Assembly: GCA_963760795.1 (NCBI GenBank)
Contig: CAVXEP010000029.1
Span: 482,271 to 546,270 of the forward strand
Source of the DNA: an uncultured delta proteobacterium
GTDB lineage: Bacteria; Desulfobacterota; Binatia; UBA9968
Direction: 5' to 3'
Length of the DNA stretch: 64,000 nucleotides
In this document: positions 1 through 10,390 of the stretch, piece after piece
Layout of the letters: each line of letters starts with the position of its first letter
Numbering within the stretch: position 1 is the first letter of the stretch
Program-made: the position numbers and the translations under genes
The notes under the pieces: model-generated
The model's input: the letters and a program-made list of their open reading frames with translations, nothing else
Databases searched by the model: none
What the model was told of the DNA's origin: nothing

Positions 1-1
1 C

Positions 2-568
2 CGCTTCGCCGGTTCGCCGGATTCGCCGGAATCCACTCTGCGTTTGGTGCTAAACATGGCGCTGCGTGAGCATGCGATTCTCGCCGCCATGGCCACTGGG
101 TCTGCCCTCGGCGGCCGCACCGCAGAGTTCAATGCCGCCGCCAACGCAGTGGACGGCAACTCCATCGACATCGCTAAAGCGATCGGCTCGGTTTACGGCG
201 TGGATGCGGAGAAAGCGTTTCTGCCTTTGTGGCGCAAGCATATCGGCTTCGTCGTCGACTACACCACCGGTCTGGCGACCCAAGACAAAGCCAAGCAGGA
301 CAAAGCGGTTGACGATCTGGTGCGCTACGCCGATGACTTCGGCGCCTTCTTGACCTCGGCCAATCCGAAGTTGCCGAAGAGCACCGTGGCGGCGTTGGTC
401 AAGGATCATATCCTGACATTGAAGGATGTCGTCGACGCCCAGGCTGCGCGCCAGTGGCCCAAGGTGTATACGAACCTGCGCATGGCGGCGGGCCATATGG
501 CGATGATCGCCGACCCGCTCAGCCTGGCCATCGCCCAGCAGTTCCCGGAAAGATTCGCCCAGCGCTAA
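2..568 (+). CDS. Helical His-containing hypothetical protein, 5'-truncated by the window edge (family often loosely annotated copper amine oxidase-like)
   Basis: Frame is open from base 2 through ORF 44..568; all-helical pattern with EH, WRKH, DH and GHM histidines; C-terminus IAQQFPERF. Confidence 0.55.
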   Translation, partial: RFAGSPDSPESTLRLVLNMALREHAILAAMATGSALGGRTAEFNAAANAVDGNSIDIAKAIGSVYGVDAEKAFLPLWRKHIGFVVDYTTGLATQDKAKQDKAVDDLVRYADDFGAFLTSANPKLPKSTVAALVKDHILTLKDVVDAQAARQWPKVYTNLRMAAGHMAMIADPLSLAIAQQFPERFAQR

Positions 569-641
569 GCGGAGAATTCACCAAACCAGCGACGGTTACT
601 TTTTGCAAAATCAACTTTAAACCGAGAAAGGAGTCAGGGAA

Positions 642-2231
642 ATGAAATCGTTTAAGAATAGTTTAATGTGTCGCGCGACGGCGATGTCGTTGAGCGCGCT
701 GATGGCGCTAACGACGATGACACCACTCGCCAGGGCGGCAAGCCATAGAGAGGCGCCGCTGATCGCCCTCGATCCGGCGGCCGATTTGACCGACGTATAT
801 GCGTTTCGGAGTTGGGAGGATGATAGCAAGGCGGTGTTCATCATGAACGTTATCCCGGCGCAAGTGCCGGCCTCGGGACCGAACTATTTTAATCTCGATG
901 ATAGTGTTCTTTACACATTTCACTTCGATCTGGACCAGGACGGCCGGGCCGACGATCTGGATATTGAATTCCGCTTCGCCACTGAGATCCGTAACAACAC
1001 AACACTCGGCGGTTTGAACTTCAAAGACGTTCCCATCTCGTACGCGGGGGTTCCGCCGATCACCGCGCTTGACGGCGCCGGGTCGGCAGGGATCGGCCTG
1101 CGGCAAAAATATCAGGTTCGCGCGGCTGGACGCGGCAATGCCGGCGGGAATTTAATTAAGATGATCGGCACGAAAACGACAGATGTGAACAAGAATCCTC
1201 TGATCGCAGTGCCTTCCAACGTAGGTCCGAGTACGATGCCGAATTATCCGGCGCTGGCTCAGCAAGGGATTTACGATCTTGGCAACGGCGTGCGGGTCTT
1301 TGTCGGCCAACGCGAGGAATCATTCTATATCGACCTCGGAGCGACCTTTGACACCCTCAGCTTTGGCCGCACGCCGCCGATTTTGACGCTCGCGGAAGAT
1401 CAGAACAATAGCGCAAATCCATTTGGCGTCGACGATGGCTTTGAGGGGCTCAACGTTACTACCATCGCCATCGAAATACCCAAATCGTTATTTCCGAGCG
1501 CGGCCGTCGGTATGTACGCGTCGACCAGCCGGCGCAAAAACCGGGAATTCGAACTTTCGGGCGACGACCAATTTCGTAATCGCGGCGGGTTCACTCAGGT
1601 CTCGCGGATGGCGAATCCTTTAGTGAATGAGGTTATTATCGGCACGGGCTCCAAGGATCGTTGGAACCAGCGCGACCCAGAGGACGAAAAACAGTTTCTT
1701 AACTTTTACGAAAGTCCGCGGCTTGCGGGGCTGATCAATGCCGTATTCGGCACGTCGATTCCGACAACCGGACGCACGGATCTATCAGGAGTTCTGCTGC
1801 AGTACTTTGCGCCGGTATTTAGCGGTTCGCCAGGAATCATTTCGGAGTTGCTGCGGGTTAATCTCGATATCCCCGCCACCGCGGCGGCGAATCAACAGCG
1901 CACGACGGTTCTCAAAAGCGTCGATTCCGGTGGTTCGTGCGTATCACAATTCGATCCTGCCAATATTCCCGATGCAGCGGGTTGGCCTAATGGCCGGCGT
2001 CCCAATGACGACGTGACCGACGTGGCGATCCGCGTAGTCGCGGGTGCACTGTTGGGACCTGTTCCTTGTCTTGGCGACGGGGTGAACTTCAATCGGGTCC
2101 GTGCCGGAACTCCGGATGTGATCGCGGGAACCAACATATCGACCAATTTCCCGTTTCTACCGACGCCCAATTCCGGAAGGAGCCCATCGGCGCCGCTGAT
2201 AGAAGAGCCTAACGAACCGTTGTTCCGTTAA
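642..2231 (+). CDS. DUF4331 domain-containing exported protein
   Basis: Signal peptide followed by ASHREAP, D-x-TDVYAF, GQREESFYIDL, QVSRMANPLVNE, GWPNGRRPNDDVTD and FPFL motifs; AGGAG upstream. Confidence 0.85.
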   Translation: MKSFKNSLMCRATAMSLSALMALTTMTPLARAASHREAPLIALDPAADLTDVYAFRSWEDDSKAVFIMNVIPAQVPASGPNYFNLDDSVLYTFHFDLDQDGRADDLDIEFRFATEIRNNTTLGGLNFKDVPISYAGVPPITALDGAGSAGIGLRQKYQVRAAGRGNAGGNLIKMIGTKTTDVNKNPLIAVPSNVGPSTMPNYPALAQQGIYDLGNGVRVFVGQREESFYIDLGATFDTLSFGRTPPILTLAEDQNNSANPFGVDDGFEGLNVTTIAIEIPKSLFPSAAVGMYASTSRRKNREFELSGDDQFRNRGGFTQVSRMANPLVNEVIIGTGSKDRWNQRDPEDEKQFLNFYESPRLAGLINAVFGTSIPTTGRTDLSGVLLQYFAPVFSGSPGIISELLRVNLDIPATAAANQQRTTVLKSVDSGGSCVSQFDPANIPDAAGWPNGRRPNDDVTDVAIRVVAGALLGPVPCLGDGVNFNRVRAGTPDVIAGTNISTNFPFLPTPNSGRSPSAPLIEEPNEPLFR

Positions 2232-2307
2232 CTAAGAGCGATCAAGCCGCGCCGCGAAGTTGTTAATCAGACTCGCGGCGCGGCAAGACGAAAAAAGGAG
2301 ACTGTCT

Positions 2308-3622
2308 ATGACTGCGGTGAAGTATCTCCAGGTTTTCAGTTTAACGATAGCGGGTTTGCTCGTCGGCTTGGACCGGGACTTGCTTTGGGCTCAACGCAGC
2401 CCGGCCGATAACCACGTCGCTTATTACCAGCAACTGCTCAAGCGTAATCCCCAAAATGCTAAGGCCTACCTTAGCACTCGGCGACGCGTTTATCCGCAAG
2501 GCACGCGAGACCGGCGATACGAGCTATTTCAACCGCGCCGAAGACGCGCTCAAGCGCTCGCTTGAACTAGTGCCGGAAAATGGCGGCGCGTTGCGCCATC
2601 TCGCTTATGTCTTTTACTCGCGCCACGAGTTCGCCCCGGCGGCGGTGTTCGCCCGCAAAGCCGTGGAGATGAATTCTTCGGACAGCGACTCCTACGGCGT
2701 GTTGGGCGATGCGCTGCTAGAGATTGGCCAGTATCCGGAAGCTCAGGCGGCGTACGCGTACATGATGGAGCTGGACGAAAGTTTGTTCTCTTACAGCAGG
2801 CGCGCCGGCTTTAAGAGCGCGATCGGCGAGGTTGACGGCGCAATCGCCGATCTAGAGCGCGCCATTGCTATTGGCAAGGCCACCCGGCAGCCGGCGGAAA
2901 GCATCGCGTGGACGGAATGGCAGCTTGGCGCGGAATATTTCTCGCAAGGAAATTTGCCGGCGGCGGAAGCGAACTTCCGCCGGTCGATGGAAAGTTATCC
3001 AAACTATTACCGCGCGCTGGCCGGCATGGCGCAAGTGCGCGCGGCGCAAAAAAATTACGACGAAGCGATCGCGCTATATCGAAAAGCGTTGGCGATCTTG
3101 CCGATGCCCGAGTACGCCGCCGCGCTTGGCGAAGTCTTCGAGCGGATCGGCCAGCACGAGCAAGCCCGCCAACAGTATGAACTGGTCGAATACATTGGCA
3201 AGCTAAACCAGCTCAACCAAACTCTGTACAATCGCGAGCTCGCCTACTTCTACGCCGATCGCGACATCAAGGCGAAAGAAGGTTTGGAGTTCGCCCGGCG
3301 CGAATTGGACTACCGGCGCGATGTTTATGCCTACGACGTGCTGGCGTGGAACCTCTATCGGAACGGCATGATGGACGAGGCTCGCGACGCCGTCGAAAAA
3401 GCGCTTCGGCTCGGCACCAAGGACGCCAAACTGTTTTACCACGCCGGGATAATTTATCGCCGGCTCGGCGACCTGCCGAAGGCCAAGGAATTCTTGAATC
3501 GCGCGCTCACGATCAACCCGTACTTTCATGTTCTGTTCGCCGACCACGCGGCAAACACTCTTAAGGAAATGGCAACTGCTGACGCATATGCGGCTGCGAA
3601 TCAGCGGCAGGAAGAGAGATAG
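2308..3622 (+). CDS. Exported tetratricopeptide repeat protein (one frameshift near 2472)
   Basis: ATG 2308 after AGGAG with signal-like N-terminus in ORF 2260..2565 joins ORF 2456..3622, which carries multiple TPR helix pairs. Confidence 0.8.
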
Positions 3623-3623
3623 G

Positions 3624-5288
3624 ATGATGCGCTCAGAATCTACTTTCGGATTGTTCACCGCTTTATTTCTGGCGTTCGCTGCCCATGTCGCGGCTCATCC
3701 GCTGGGAAATTTCAGCATCAGCCAATATTCCGCGCTTCAAATCGGCGAGCAGGATGTTGAAGTGCGCTACATCGTCGACATGGCCGAAATCCCGACTTTT
3801 CAAGAGATTCAAGAAACTGGTTTTGTCCCGAGGGCCGACGACGTGAGTGCGAAAGCATACGCCGCGCGCAAAGCTGAAAGTCTGCGCGGCGGCTTAATGC
3901 TTGAGATCAATGGGCGGCCGGTGCCGTTGCGGCCCGAGTCCCACGAAATTATTTTTCCCGAAGGCGCCGGTGGATTGCCGACGCTCAAGATTGGCGTCGT
4001 TTACAAAGGGAAGTTGGCGGCCGCCAGCGGTGGTGGTTATTCGCTCAGCTATCGCGATGGCAATTTCCCTGGGCGCGCCGGCTGGAAGGAAATCATCGCG
4101 GTCGCCGGGCCTGGCGTGAAGCTGCTCAACAGTTCCGTCCCGGAGATTGACCGCAGCGCACGGCTCAGCGACTATCCGACCGATCTGCTGAATAGTCCAC
4201 CGCAACAGCTAGAAGCACGAGTTGGTTTCTCCGTGACACCCCCCGCGGTGGCCGCAGACGGTTCCAGCACGGCATCAAAGCCGGTAATAGCGAAAACAGA
4301 AACACCGATCCCGCAAACCAGAAAGGCCGAATCGAAGCGGTCAGGACAAGCAGCTTCATCTACGCCGCCCACCGCGCCGGCTAACAACATTTTGCATGCG
4401 AAAGATTCACCGGCGAAGAATTCATTGCAATTAAAAGCCAACAGCCAGGCGACGCCGCGCAATTCGTTCACCGAGATCATGGCGAAAAAAGAATTAGGAT
4501 TGGGAGTTATTCTCGCGGCGCTGGCCGTTGCCGTCGGTCTTGGCGCTTTTCACGCCTTGGAGCCGGGCCACGGCAAGACCCTGGTCGCGGCTTATCTGGT
4601 CGGCTCCCGTGGCACTGTCAAACACGCCGTGCTGCTCGGCCTGATCGTGACGACGGCTCACACCGCAGGCGTCTACTTGCTCGGCGCGATTACTCTCTAT
4701 GCATCGAAGTACATCGTTCCGGAACGGCTCTATCCCTGGTTGGGAGCGATCTCCGGCGTCATGATTGCGGCGCTCGGGCTGATCCTGTTAGTGCGGCGCT
4801 ATCAGGGCAGAAACGGAATGCCGGGACAAAGTCACCACCATCATGGCGCGCATGATCACGCCGCGCACGTTCACCATCATGATCACGGACCTGATCATGC
4901 GCAGGAGCATCATCATCACCACGGCGGCCACACGCAGCATCATCATGAAGTGAACCAAGTTGTCTCACTCAAGCAGCTCCTCGCCCTCGGCATTAGCGGC
5001 GGCATCGTTCCCTGTCCCGCGGCTTTGGTCGTACTGCTCAGCGCGGTGGCGATGCAGCGTATCGGCTTCGGTTTACTCTTGATCGTCGCCTTCAGTGTCG
5101 GCTTGGCCGCGGTGCTGATCGCCATCGGCATGTTGATGGTCTACGCGCGCCAATTCATGGCGCGGTTCCAAGGCGAAGGCCAGTGGACGACGCGCTGGCT
5201 GCCGATCACCTCGTCGGCGTTCATTTTGCTCGCCGGCATCGCTTTGACCTGGCAAGCGTTGCGGAGCGGCGGTTTTCTGACGATCTAA
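3624..5288 (+). CDS. RcnA/HoxN-HupN-NixA-like Ni/Co transporter fused to an N-terminal periplasmic domain
   Basis: Signal peptide then HPLGNFS; GAFHALEPGHGKT motif; His-rich loop; GGIVPCP motif; about 6 TM helices. Confidence 0.85.
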   Translation: MMRSESTFGLFTALFLAFAAHVAAHPLGNFSISQYSALQIGEQDVEVRYIVDMAEIPTFQEIQETGFVPRADDVSAKAYAARKAESLRGGLMLEINGRPVPLRPESHEIIFPEGAGGLPTLKIGVVYKGKLAAASGGGYSLSYRDGNFPGRAGWKEIIAVAGPGVKLLNSSVPEIDRSARLSDYPTDLLNSPPQQLEARVGFSVTPPAVAADGSSTASKPVIAKTETPIPQTRKAESKRSGQAASSTPPTAPANNILHAKDSPAKNSLQLKANSQATPRNSFTEIMAKKELGLGVILAALAVAVGLGAFHALEPGHGKTLVAAYLVGSRGTVKHAVLLGLIVTTAHTAGVYLLGAITLYASKYIVPERLYPWLGAISGVMIAALGLILLVRRYQGRNGMPGQSHHHHGAHDHAAHVHHHDHGPDHAQEHHHHHGGHTQHHHEVNQVVSLKQLLALGISGGIVPCPAALVVLLSAVAMQRIGFGLLLIVAFSVGLAAVLIAIGMLMVYARQFMARFQGEGQWTTRWLPITSSAFILLAGIALTWQALRSGGFLTI

Positions 5289-5456
5289 TTCGACGGACTG
5301 AAAACTTCTTCTCGCCGCAATGATTTAACGATTCTATTTAAGATGCCGCACAACACAGTTACCGCGTCGATGGCCCACCCTTGGTAAGGCCTTTCCTTCA
5401 GTTCCGTCTTTACGGTAAAGTCCGGTCATCACTCAAGAAAGGTTGGGGAGACTGCG

Positions 5457-6317
5457 ATGGAACCAATTGCAACTAACGTCCTGGAAAATACCAATCTAAA
5501 AAGCCGAAGGCTCAGAGAATTAGTCCGCTCGCCGGAGATACTCGTCATGCCCGGCGCCTACGATGTCTTGAGCGCGCTGCTGTTTCAGCAGTTGGGCTTC
5601 CAGGCGATCCAAGGCACCAGCGGCGGCATCGCCGCGGCGTTGGGTTATCCCGACGGCGAGGCGATAAGCCGTGATCTGTTTGTCCAGGTGTCGGCGAGCT
5701 TCGCCGCGGCGGTGTCCCTGCCAGTCAATGCCGACGGTGAAAAGGGCTATGGTGATGCCGCGGGCATAAAAGAAACCGTGCGCGCATTAGTCGCCGCCGG
5801 TGTTGCCGGCATGAATCTCGAAGACAGCATCGCCAAAGGCGGCAGCGGCTTGGTCGAGCTCGGCCAACAGTTAGAGAAAATAACCGCCGTGATGGACGCG
5901 AAGCGCGAGCTCGGCAGCGAGTTTTTTCTCAACGCGCGGGTCGATTCCTTCCACGTTATCACCAACGATCCCAGGAAGGCGCTGGACGAAGCGATTCGCC
6001 GCGGCAACGCCTACGCCGAAGCCGGCGGCGACTGCATTTTCTATCTCGGTCTCCACTCGGCAGAGACGATCGGCATCGTCGCCAAGGAAGTGAAGGCGCC
6101 GGTCAGTATCCTCGCCGGGCCGCAGTCTCCCAGCGTGAGCCAGTTGCAAGATCTCGGCGTGGCGCGGGTAAGTTACGGCTCAGGCTTCATGAAGGCGGCG
6201 ATCACCGGGAGCAAAAAATTGGCCCAGGAAATTCTTGAAAAGGGCACATGCAGCTTATTGAAAGACGGCGTGCAGACGCCGGAGATTAACGCCCTGGTGA
6301 GCAAGAAGCTCAGCTAG
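5457..6317 (+). CDS. Isocitrate lyase/PEP mutase superfamily enzyme
   Basis: PGAYDVLSA, TSGG, DGEKGYG, GMNLED, LNARVD, AYAEAGGDCIF, LGVARVSYG motifs. Confidence 0.85.
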   Translation: MEPIATNVLENTNLKSRRLRELVRSPEILVMPGAYDVLSALLFQQLGFQAIQGTSGGIAAALGYPDGEAISRDLFVQVSASFAAAVSLPVNADGEKGYGDAAGIKETVRALVAAGVAGMNLEDSIAKGGSGLVELGQQLEKITAVMDAKRELGSEFFLNARVDSFHVITNDPRKALDEAIRRGNAYAEAGGDCIFYLGLHSAETIGIVAKEVKAPVSILAGPQSPSVSQLQDLGVARVSYGSGFMKAAITGSKKLAQEILEKGTCSLLKDGVQTPEINALVSKKLS

Positions 6318-6325
6318 GAGAATCC

Positions 6326-7966
6326 ATGGCGACACCTTACCACGAAAAATTAGACAAAATTCGCATGGCTTTTCCCCAGCCGGTGTCCGACCGGGTGCAT
6401 GATTCTTATTTCGTCCATAGCATCATGCGCGCGTTGGACATGGTCGACGGCCTCAAGAGCGAAGTGCCGGTGCTGGGGCCGCGCGAACCGCTGGATTACG
6501 GCGCGGCGCAAATGGCGCGCTTAGCGGAATCGTCGTCGACGGTGGAAGACGTAACGGCGAACTTGGTTGACTATTTCAAAGGCCTGACAATTTGGGGCCA
6601 TCCGCGCACGCAGATCAACGTCGTGCCGCCGCCGTCGATCTCGTCGCTGATCGCGACGGTCTTGACCGGACTCTACAATCCCAACCTGGCGTGGGATGAG
6701 TACAGCCATAAAGTCGCCCTTGCGGAGGTCGAGGCGGTGGCGATGACTGCGGGGCTGATGGGCTACGATCCGGCGCGCGCTTCCGGTGTCTTCACTTTCG
6801 GCGGCACGGCGACGACGCTTTACGGCGTCAAGGTCGGCCTGGAGAAGTCGGTGCCCGGCGCCATGCAAAACGGCGTCGGCGCGGGTGCGGTCATTTTTGC
6901 CAGCGACTGCAGCCACTACTGCCGTTACAACATCGCCGGCTGGCTCGGCCTCGGCGCGAAAAATCTTATTACGATCCCGACCGACTCGCGCAACGCTATA
7001 AAGATCGATGTCCTGCGCGATCATGCACGGACGGCGTTGCAAAGCGGCTGGCCGATCGCCGCCTTCATCGCGACCATGGGGACGACCGATGCGTTTGGCA
7101 TCGACGATCTCGAAGCGGTGGTTAATTTGCGCGACGAACTGGTCAGCGAATTCAACCTGCCGTATCGGCCGCACGTTCACGCCGACGCGGTCATCGGCTG
7201 GGCATGGCAAGCGTTCGCCGACTACGATTTCGAGCATAACCCGTTGGAGTTTCGCCCACGCACGGTGCGCGCGCTGGCCGGCGCCTGCCAGCGCATTCGC
7301 CATCTGCCTCTAGCCGATTCCATCGGCATCGACTTTCACAAGACCGGCTTCACGCCATATATATCGAGTCTGGTGCTGTTCAAAGAACGGGACGATCTGC
7401 GTTTGTTGATGCGCAGCCAGGAGCAGATGCCTTATCTCTATCAGTTCGGCGAGCACCGTCCGGGCATGTTCACCCTTGAGACGTCGCGCGGCGGCATGGG
7501 CGCGCTGACGGCCTTGGCCAATCTAAAACTACTCGGCAAAGAAGGTCTGCGGGTCATGATTGGCCATATCGTCGAGATGACCCAGCTGCTGCGCGAACAT
7601 CTCGAAGGCCATGCGGCCACCGCAGTGCTCAACCGCGACAACTTCGGCACGGTAACTTTGTTCCGCGCCTATCCGGACGGCGTCGATACTTTTGCGATCA
7701 AAGAGCAGGAGATGGACGACAAAAATTTTCGTGACACGCTGTTAAGCCACAATGATTATAACCGAAAGATCTTCGACTATGTTCACGGCGAAGCAATGGC
7801 CGGCCGCGGCGTGGTGATCTCGCTCACCGACTCCTACCGGGAAACCAGTTACGGCGAACCTGTAACGGCGTTGAAATCGTTTATCCTTTCGCCCTTCACC
7901 GACGAGGAAAACGTCGAAACCGTAGTCGACAAGGTTTTGGAAGCTCGCGCCAAGGTCAAGGTTTGA
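6326..7966 (+). CDS. Group II pyridoxal-phosphate-dependent decarboxylase
   Basis: GVFTFGGT, ATMGTTDAFGID, HADAVIG and the PLP lysine motif DFHK. Confidence 0.85.
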   Translation: MATPYHEKLDKIRMAFPQPVSDRVHDSYFVHSIMRALDMVDGLKSEVPVLGPREPLDYGAAQMARLAESSSTVEDVTANLVDYFKGLTIWGHPRTQINVVPPPSISSLIATVLTGLYNPNLAWDEYSHKVALAEVEAVAMTAGLMGYDPARASGVFTFGGTATTLYGVKVGLEKSVPGAMQNGVGAGAVIFASDCSHYCRYNIAGWLGLGAKNLITIPTDSRNAIKIDVLRDHARTALQSGWPIAAFIATMGTTDAFGIDDLEAVVNLRDELVSEFNLPYRPHVHADAVIGWAWQAFADYDFEHNPLEFRPRTVRALAGACQRIRHLPLADSIGIDFHKTGFTPYISSLVLFKERDDLRLLMRSQEQMPYLYQFGEHRPGMFTLETSRGGMGALTALANLKLLGKEGLRVMIGHIVEMTQLLREHLEGHAATAVLNRDNFGTVTLFRAYPDGVDTFAIKEQEMDDKNFRDTLLSHNDYNRKIFDYVHGEAMAGRGVVISLTDSYRETSYGEPVTALKSFILSPFTDEENVETVVDKVLEARAKVKV

Positions 7967-7977
7967 TCGCCGCAACT

Positions 7978-8457
7978 ATGCCGCCGCAAGCTCTGGTTGT
8001 TTCGTTGCACATCGCCGCACAGGCGGCGGCGCCAATGCAGAGCGTTTCAACCGTCATTGCTGTCGCGGGACGAGGACTCGAAGGCGACCGATACTTCTAC
8101 AGGACCGGCACTTATTCGACCCATCCCGGCTCGGGACGTGAAATTACATTGATCGAGAGTGAAGCCGTTGCAGCGCTGGCGCGCGAGTACGATATCCAAT
8201 TGCCGCCCGGACTGACGAGACGCAATATCGTCACTCGCGCTGTTGCGCTGAATCATCTGGTTGGGAAAACCTTTATCATCGGTGCCGTGGTGCTGCGCGG
8301 CATGCGTCTGTGCGAGCCTTGCTTGCATATGGAAAGACTGGCCGCCAAGGGCGCCGCGCATGGGTTGATTCATCGCGGCGGGCTGCGCGCTGAAATCGTC
8401 AGCGGCGGCGAGATCCGGGTCGGCGAGCGAATTTTTGCATCAGAGAAAACTGCTTGA
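7978..8457 (+). CDS. MOSC domain protein
   Basis: GLEGDRY, RRNIVT, CEPC, RGGLRAEIVSGGEIRVG. Confidence 0.85.
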   Translation: MPPQALVVSLHIAAQAAAPMQSVSTVIAVAGRGLEGDRYFYRTGTYSTHPGSGREITLIESEAVAALAREYDIQLPPGLTRRNIVTRAVALNHLVGKTFIIGAVVLRGMRLCEPCLHMERLAAKGAAHGLIHRGGLRAEIVSGGEIRVGERIFASEKTA

Positions 8458-8478
8458 GCGGCGGCGCGGGATGATGCC

Positions 8479-9339
8479 ATGACAGGTCTTGCACTAACGC
8501 TGATTCTTGGCGCCGCGGTCATCCACGCGACTTGGAATCTGATCAATAAGCAGGCGAGTGGCCATGCGACATTTACTTGGATCGTCGCGGTGTTGTCGGC
8601 GTTGTTCTACGCGCCGGCGACGATTGCGATCATCGAGATCTGGCAGCTGAAGTTCAGCTTCGTCGAGGTCGGCATGATGGCCGGCAGCGCGGCGCTGCAC
8701 ACCGGTTATTTCTTGCTTCTCAATCAAGGCTACCGGGTTGGCGACTTGTCGCTGGTTTATCCGTTGGCGCGCGGCACTGGGCCGCTGCTGTCGACCGTCG
8801 CGGCGATTATATTTCTCGGCGAACGGCCTTCAGTAGTGGCAGTTGTCGGGGCGTTGCTGATCATCGGCGGCGTGATGGTGTTGGCCGGCAACTTTGCGCG
8901 GCTGCGCCAGAGCGGCACGCGCGCCGCGGTCGGCTATGCGCTGATCACCGGTTTATTCATCGCCGCCTACACCTTGTGGGACAAGCAGGCGGTGAGCCAT
9001 TTCGCCATCATGCCGATGGTTTTGGACTGGGGCGCCAATCTCGGGCGGGCAATTTTGCTGACGCCGTTCGCCCTGCGCTATTCCGAGGAAGCGGTCATCG
9101 AGTGGCGCGAGCATAAATGGGAGGCGGTCGCCGTCGCGATCCTGATCCCGCTCTCCTATATCCTCGTGCTCACCGCCATGAGTTTTACGCCGGTGAGTTA
9201 CGTCGCGCCGGCGCGCGAGATCAGCATCCTTATCGGCACGGCGCTGGGCGCGCGCTTGCTCGCCGAAGGGGATGCGCCGCGCCGGCTTGCGGCAGCCGGC
9301 GCGATGGTGTTGGGGATTGTCGCGCTGGCCCTCGGATAA
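8479..9339 (+). CDS. EamA/DMT family transporter
   Basis: About 10 TM helices; HATWN, GDLSLVYPLARG, SYVAPAREISI motifs. Confidence 0.85.
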   Translation: MTGLALTLILGAAVIHATWNLINKQASGHATFTWIVAVLSALFYAPATIAIIEIWQLKFSFVEVGMMAGSAALHTGYFLLLNQGYRVGDLSLVYPLARGTGPLLSTVAAIIFLGERPSVVAVVGALLIIGGVMVLAGNFARLRQSGTRAAVGYALITGLFIAAYTLWDKQAVSHFAIMPMVLDWGANLGRAILLTPFALRYSEEAVIEWREHKWEAVAVAILIPLSYILVLTAMSFTPVSYVAPAREISILIGTALGARLLAEGDAPRRLAAAGAMVLGIVALALG

Positions 9340-9398
9340 AACATTCGTTCAAAAGTTCAAAGGTTCAAAGGTTCAAGGGGTTCGGAGCTCAGACGCTC

Positions 9399-9725
9399 AT
9401 GAATAAGCAGGATGAATCGTTCAAAGATTTTATTGTCGACCAGCTGAGCGAAATGGACAGCGTCGAGGCGCGGCGGATGTTCGGCGGGCATGGCTTGTAT
9501 CAGGACGAGACTTTCTTCGGCATCGTTCACAAGGGCAAACTGTTCTTCAAGATCGATGACAATACGGTCGATGAATACCGCAAGCGCAAGATGAAACCGT
9601 TTCGCCCCAATGGCAAGCAGACGCTCAAGAGTTATTACCAGGTGCCGGTGGAGATCATCGAAGATGCGGATGCGTTGCGGCAGTGGGCCGAGCAGGCGGT
9701 GATGTGTCAAATCGCGAGGAGGTAG
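9399..9725 (+). CDS. TfoX/Sxy N-terminal domain protein
   Basis: RRMFGGHGLY, LFFK, PF and SYYQVP motifs; ATG at 9399 inside ORF 9117..9725. Confidence 0.8.
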   Translation: MNKQDESFKDFIVDQLSEMDSVEARRMFGGHGLYQDETFFGIVHKGKLFFKIDDNTVDEYRKRKMKPFRPNGKQTLKSYYQVPVEIIEDADALRQWAEQAVMCQIARR

Positions 9726-9989
9726 CCCAGCTTATAAGACGGTGTCATCGCCTCACGGTCTTGGCAAGCCGGCGAAGAAGCGTAAGGCATGACGGGTTAG
9801 CGGTTAGGCGTGCCGTCATTTCACGTAGTATCCCCGACAGTTAAGTTTGGTGGCCTGACCGGCTATCCGTATGCGATTGCTAATCTGCCGTCGATTTTGG
9901 TGCAACTACTGTCCGGGACGAGGAATGGGAATTTCACTCGATCCTTGTGAGCAACGACCGTCCGTGTGTATCAACGATCAGCGAGTGCC

Positions 9990-10149
9990 CTCCCCAAGAG
10001 CCGAGATTGGAACGAGGTACATTATTGACGGGCTATTGAAAGCTCCCGATGGAAGATAGTTAAATATCCGCGCGGCTTGGTATGTCAATACGGATGTAGA
10101 CGTACCGAGGTTCGTCACGGCTCATCCTTTGAGAAGGAGGCGCTCATGA
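9990..10149 (+). pseudogene. Remnant C-terminus of a DUF6883-like putative toxin
   Basis: Manual translation GTRYIIDGLLKAPDGR*LNIRAAWYVNTDVDVPRFVTAHP with in-frame TAG at 10057-10059; no N-terminal half; overlaps the DUF4926 start (ATGA). Confidence 0.55.
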
Positions 10150-10379
10150 TTCAGGAACTCGAAGACGTGATTCTTACATGTGACTTGCCGGAGCAGGGAC
10201 TGGCACAAGGCGATATCGGCACCGTCGTACTGGTCCATGAAAAAGGCAAAGGTTACGAGGTCGAGTTCACGACCTTGGACGGGGAAACTATTGCCATCGT
10301 AACCCTGGCAGCGAAGCAGGTTCGTCCCAGCAAGCCAAAAGAAATCGCTCATGTGCGCGACCTGTCCGCCAATCCATAG
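10146..10379 (+). CDS. DUF4926 domain protein (putative antitoxin/immunity)
   Basis: DLPEQGLAQGDIGTVV and YEVEF-x-TLDGETIA motifs; AGGAGG RBS. Confidence 0.8.
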   Translation: MIQELEDVILTCDLPEQGLAQGDIGTVVLVHEKGKGYEVEFTTLDGETIAIVTLAAKQVRPSKPKEIAHVRDLSANP

Positions 10380-10390
10380 CCAGTGTGCCG

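Noticed and set aside
5457-6317. Phosphonate biosynthesis cluster (PEP mutase)
   Set aside because: EDK-x5-NS motif absent and no phosphonopyruvate decarboxylase nearby
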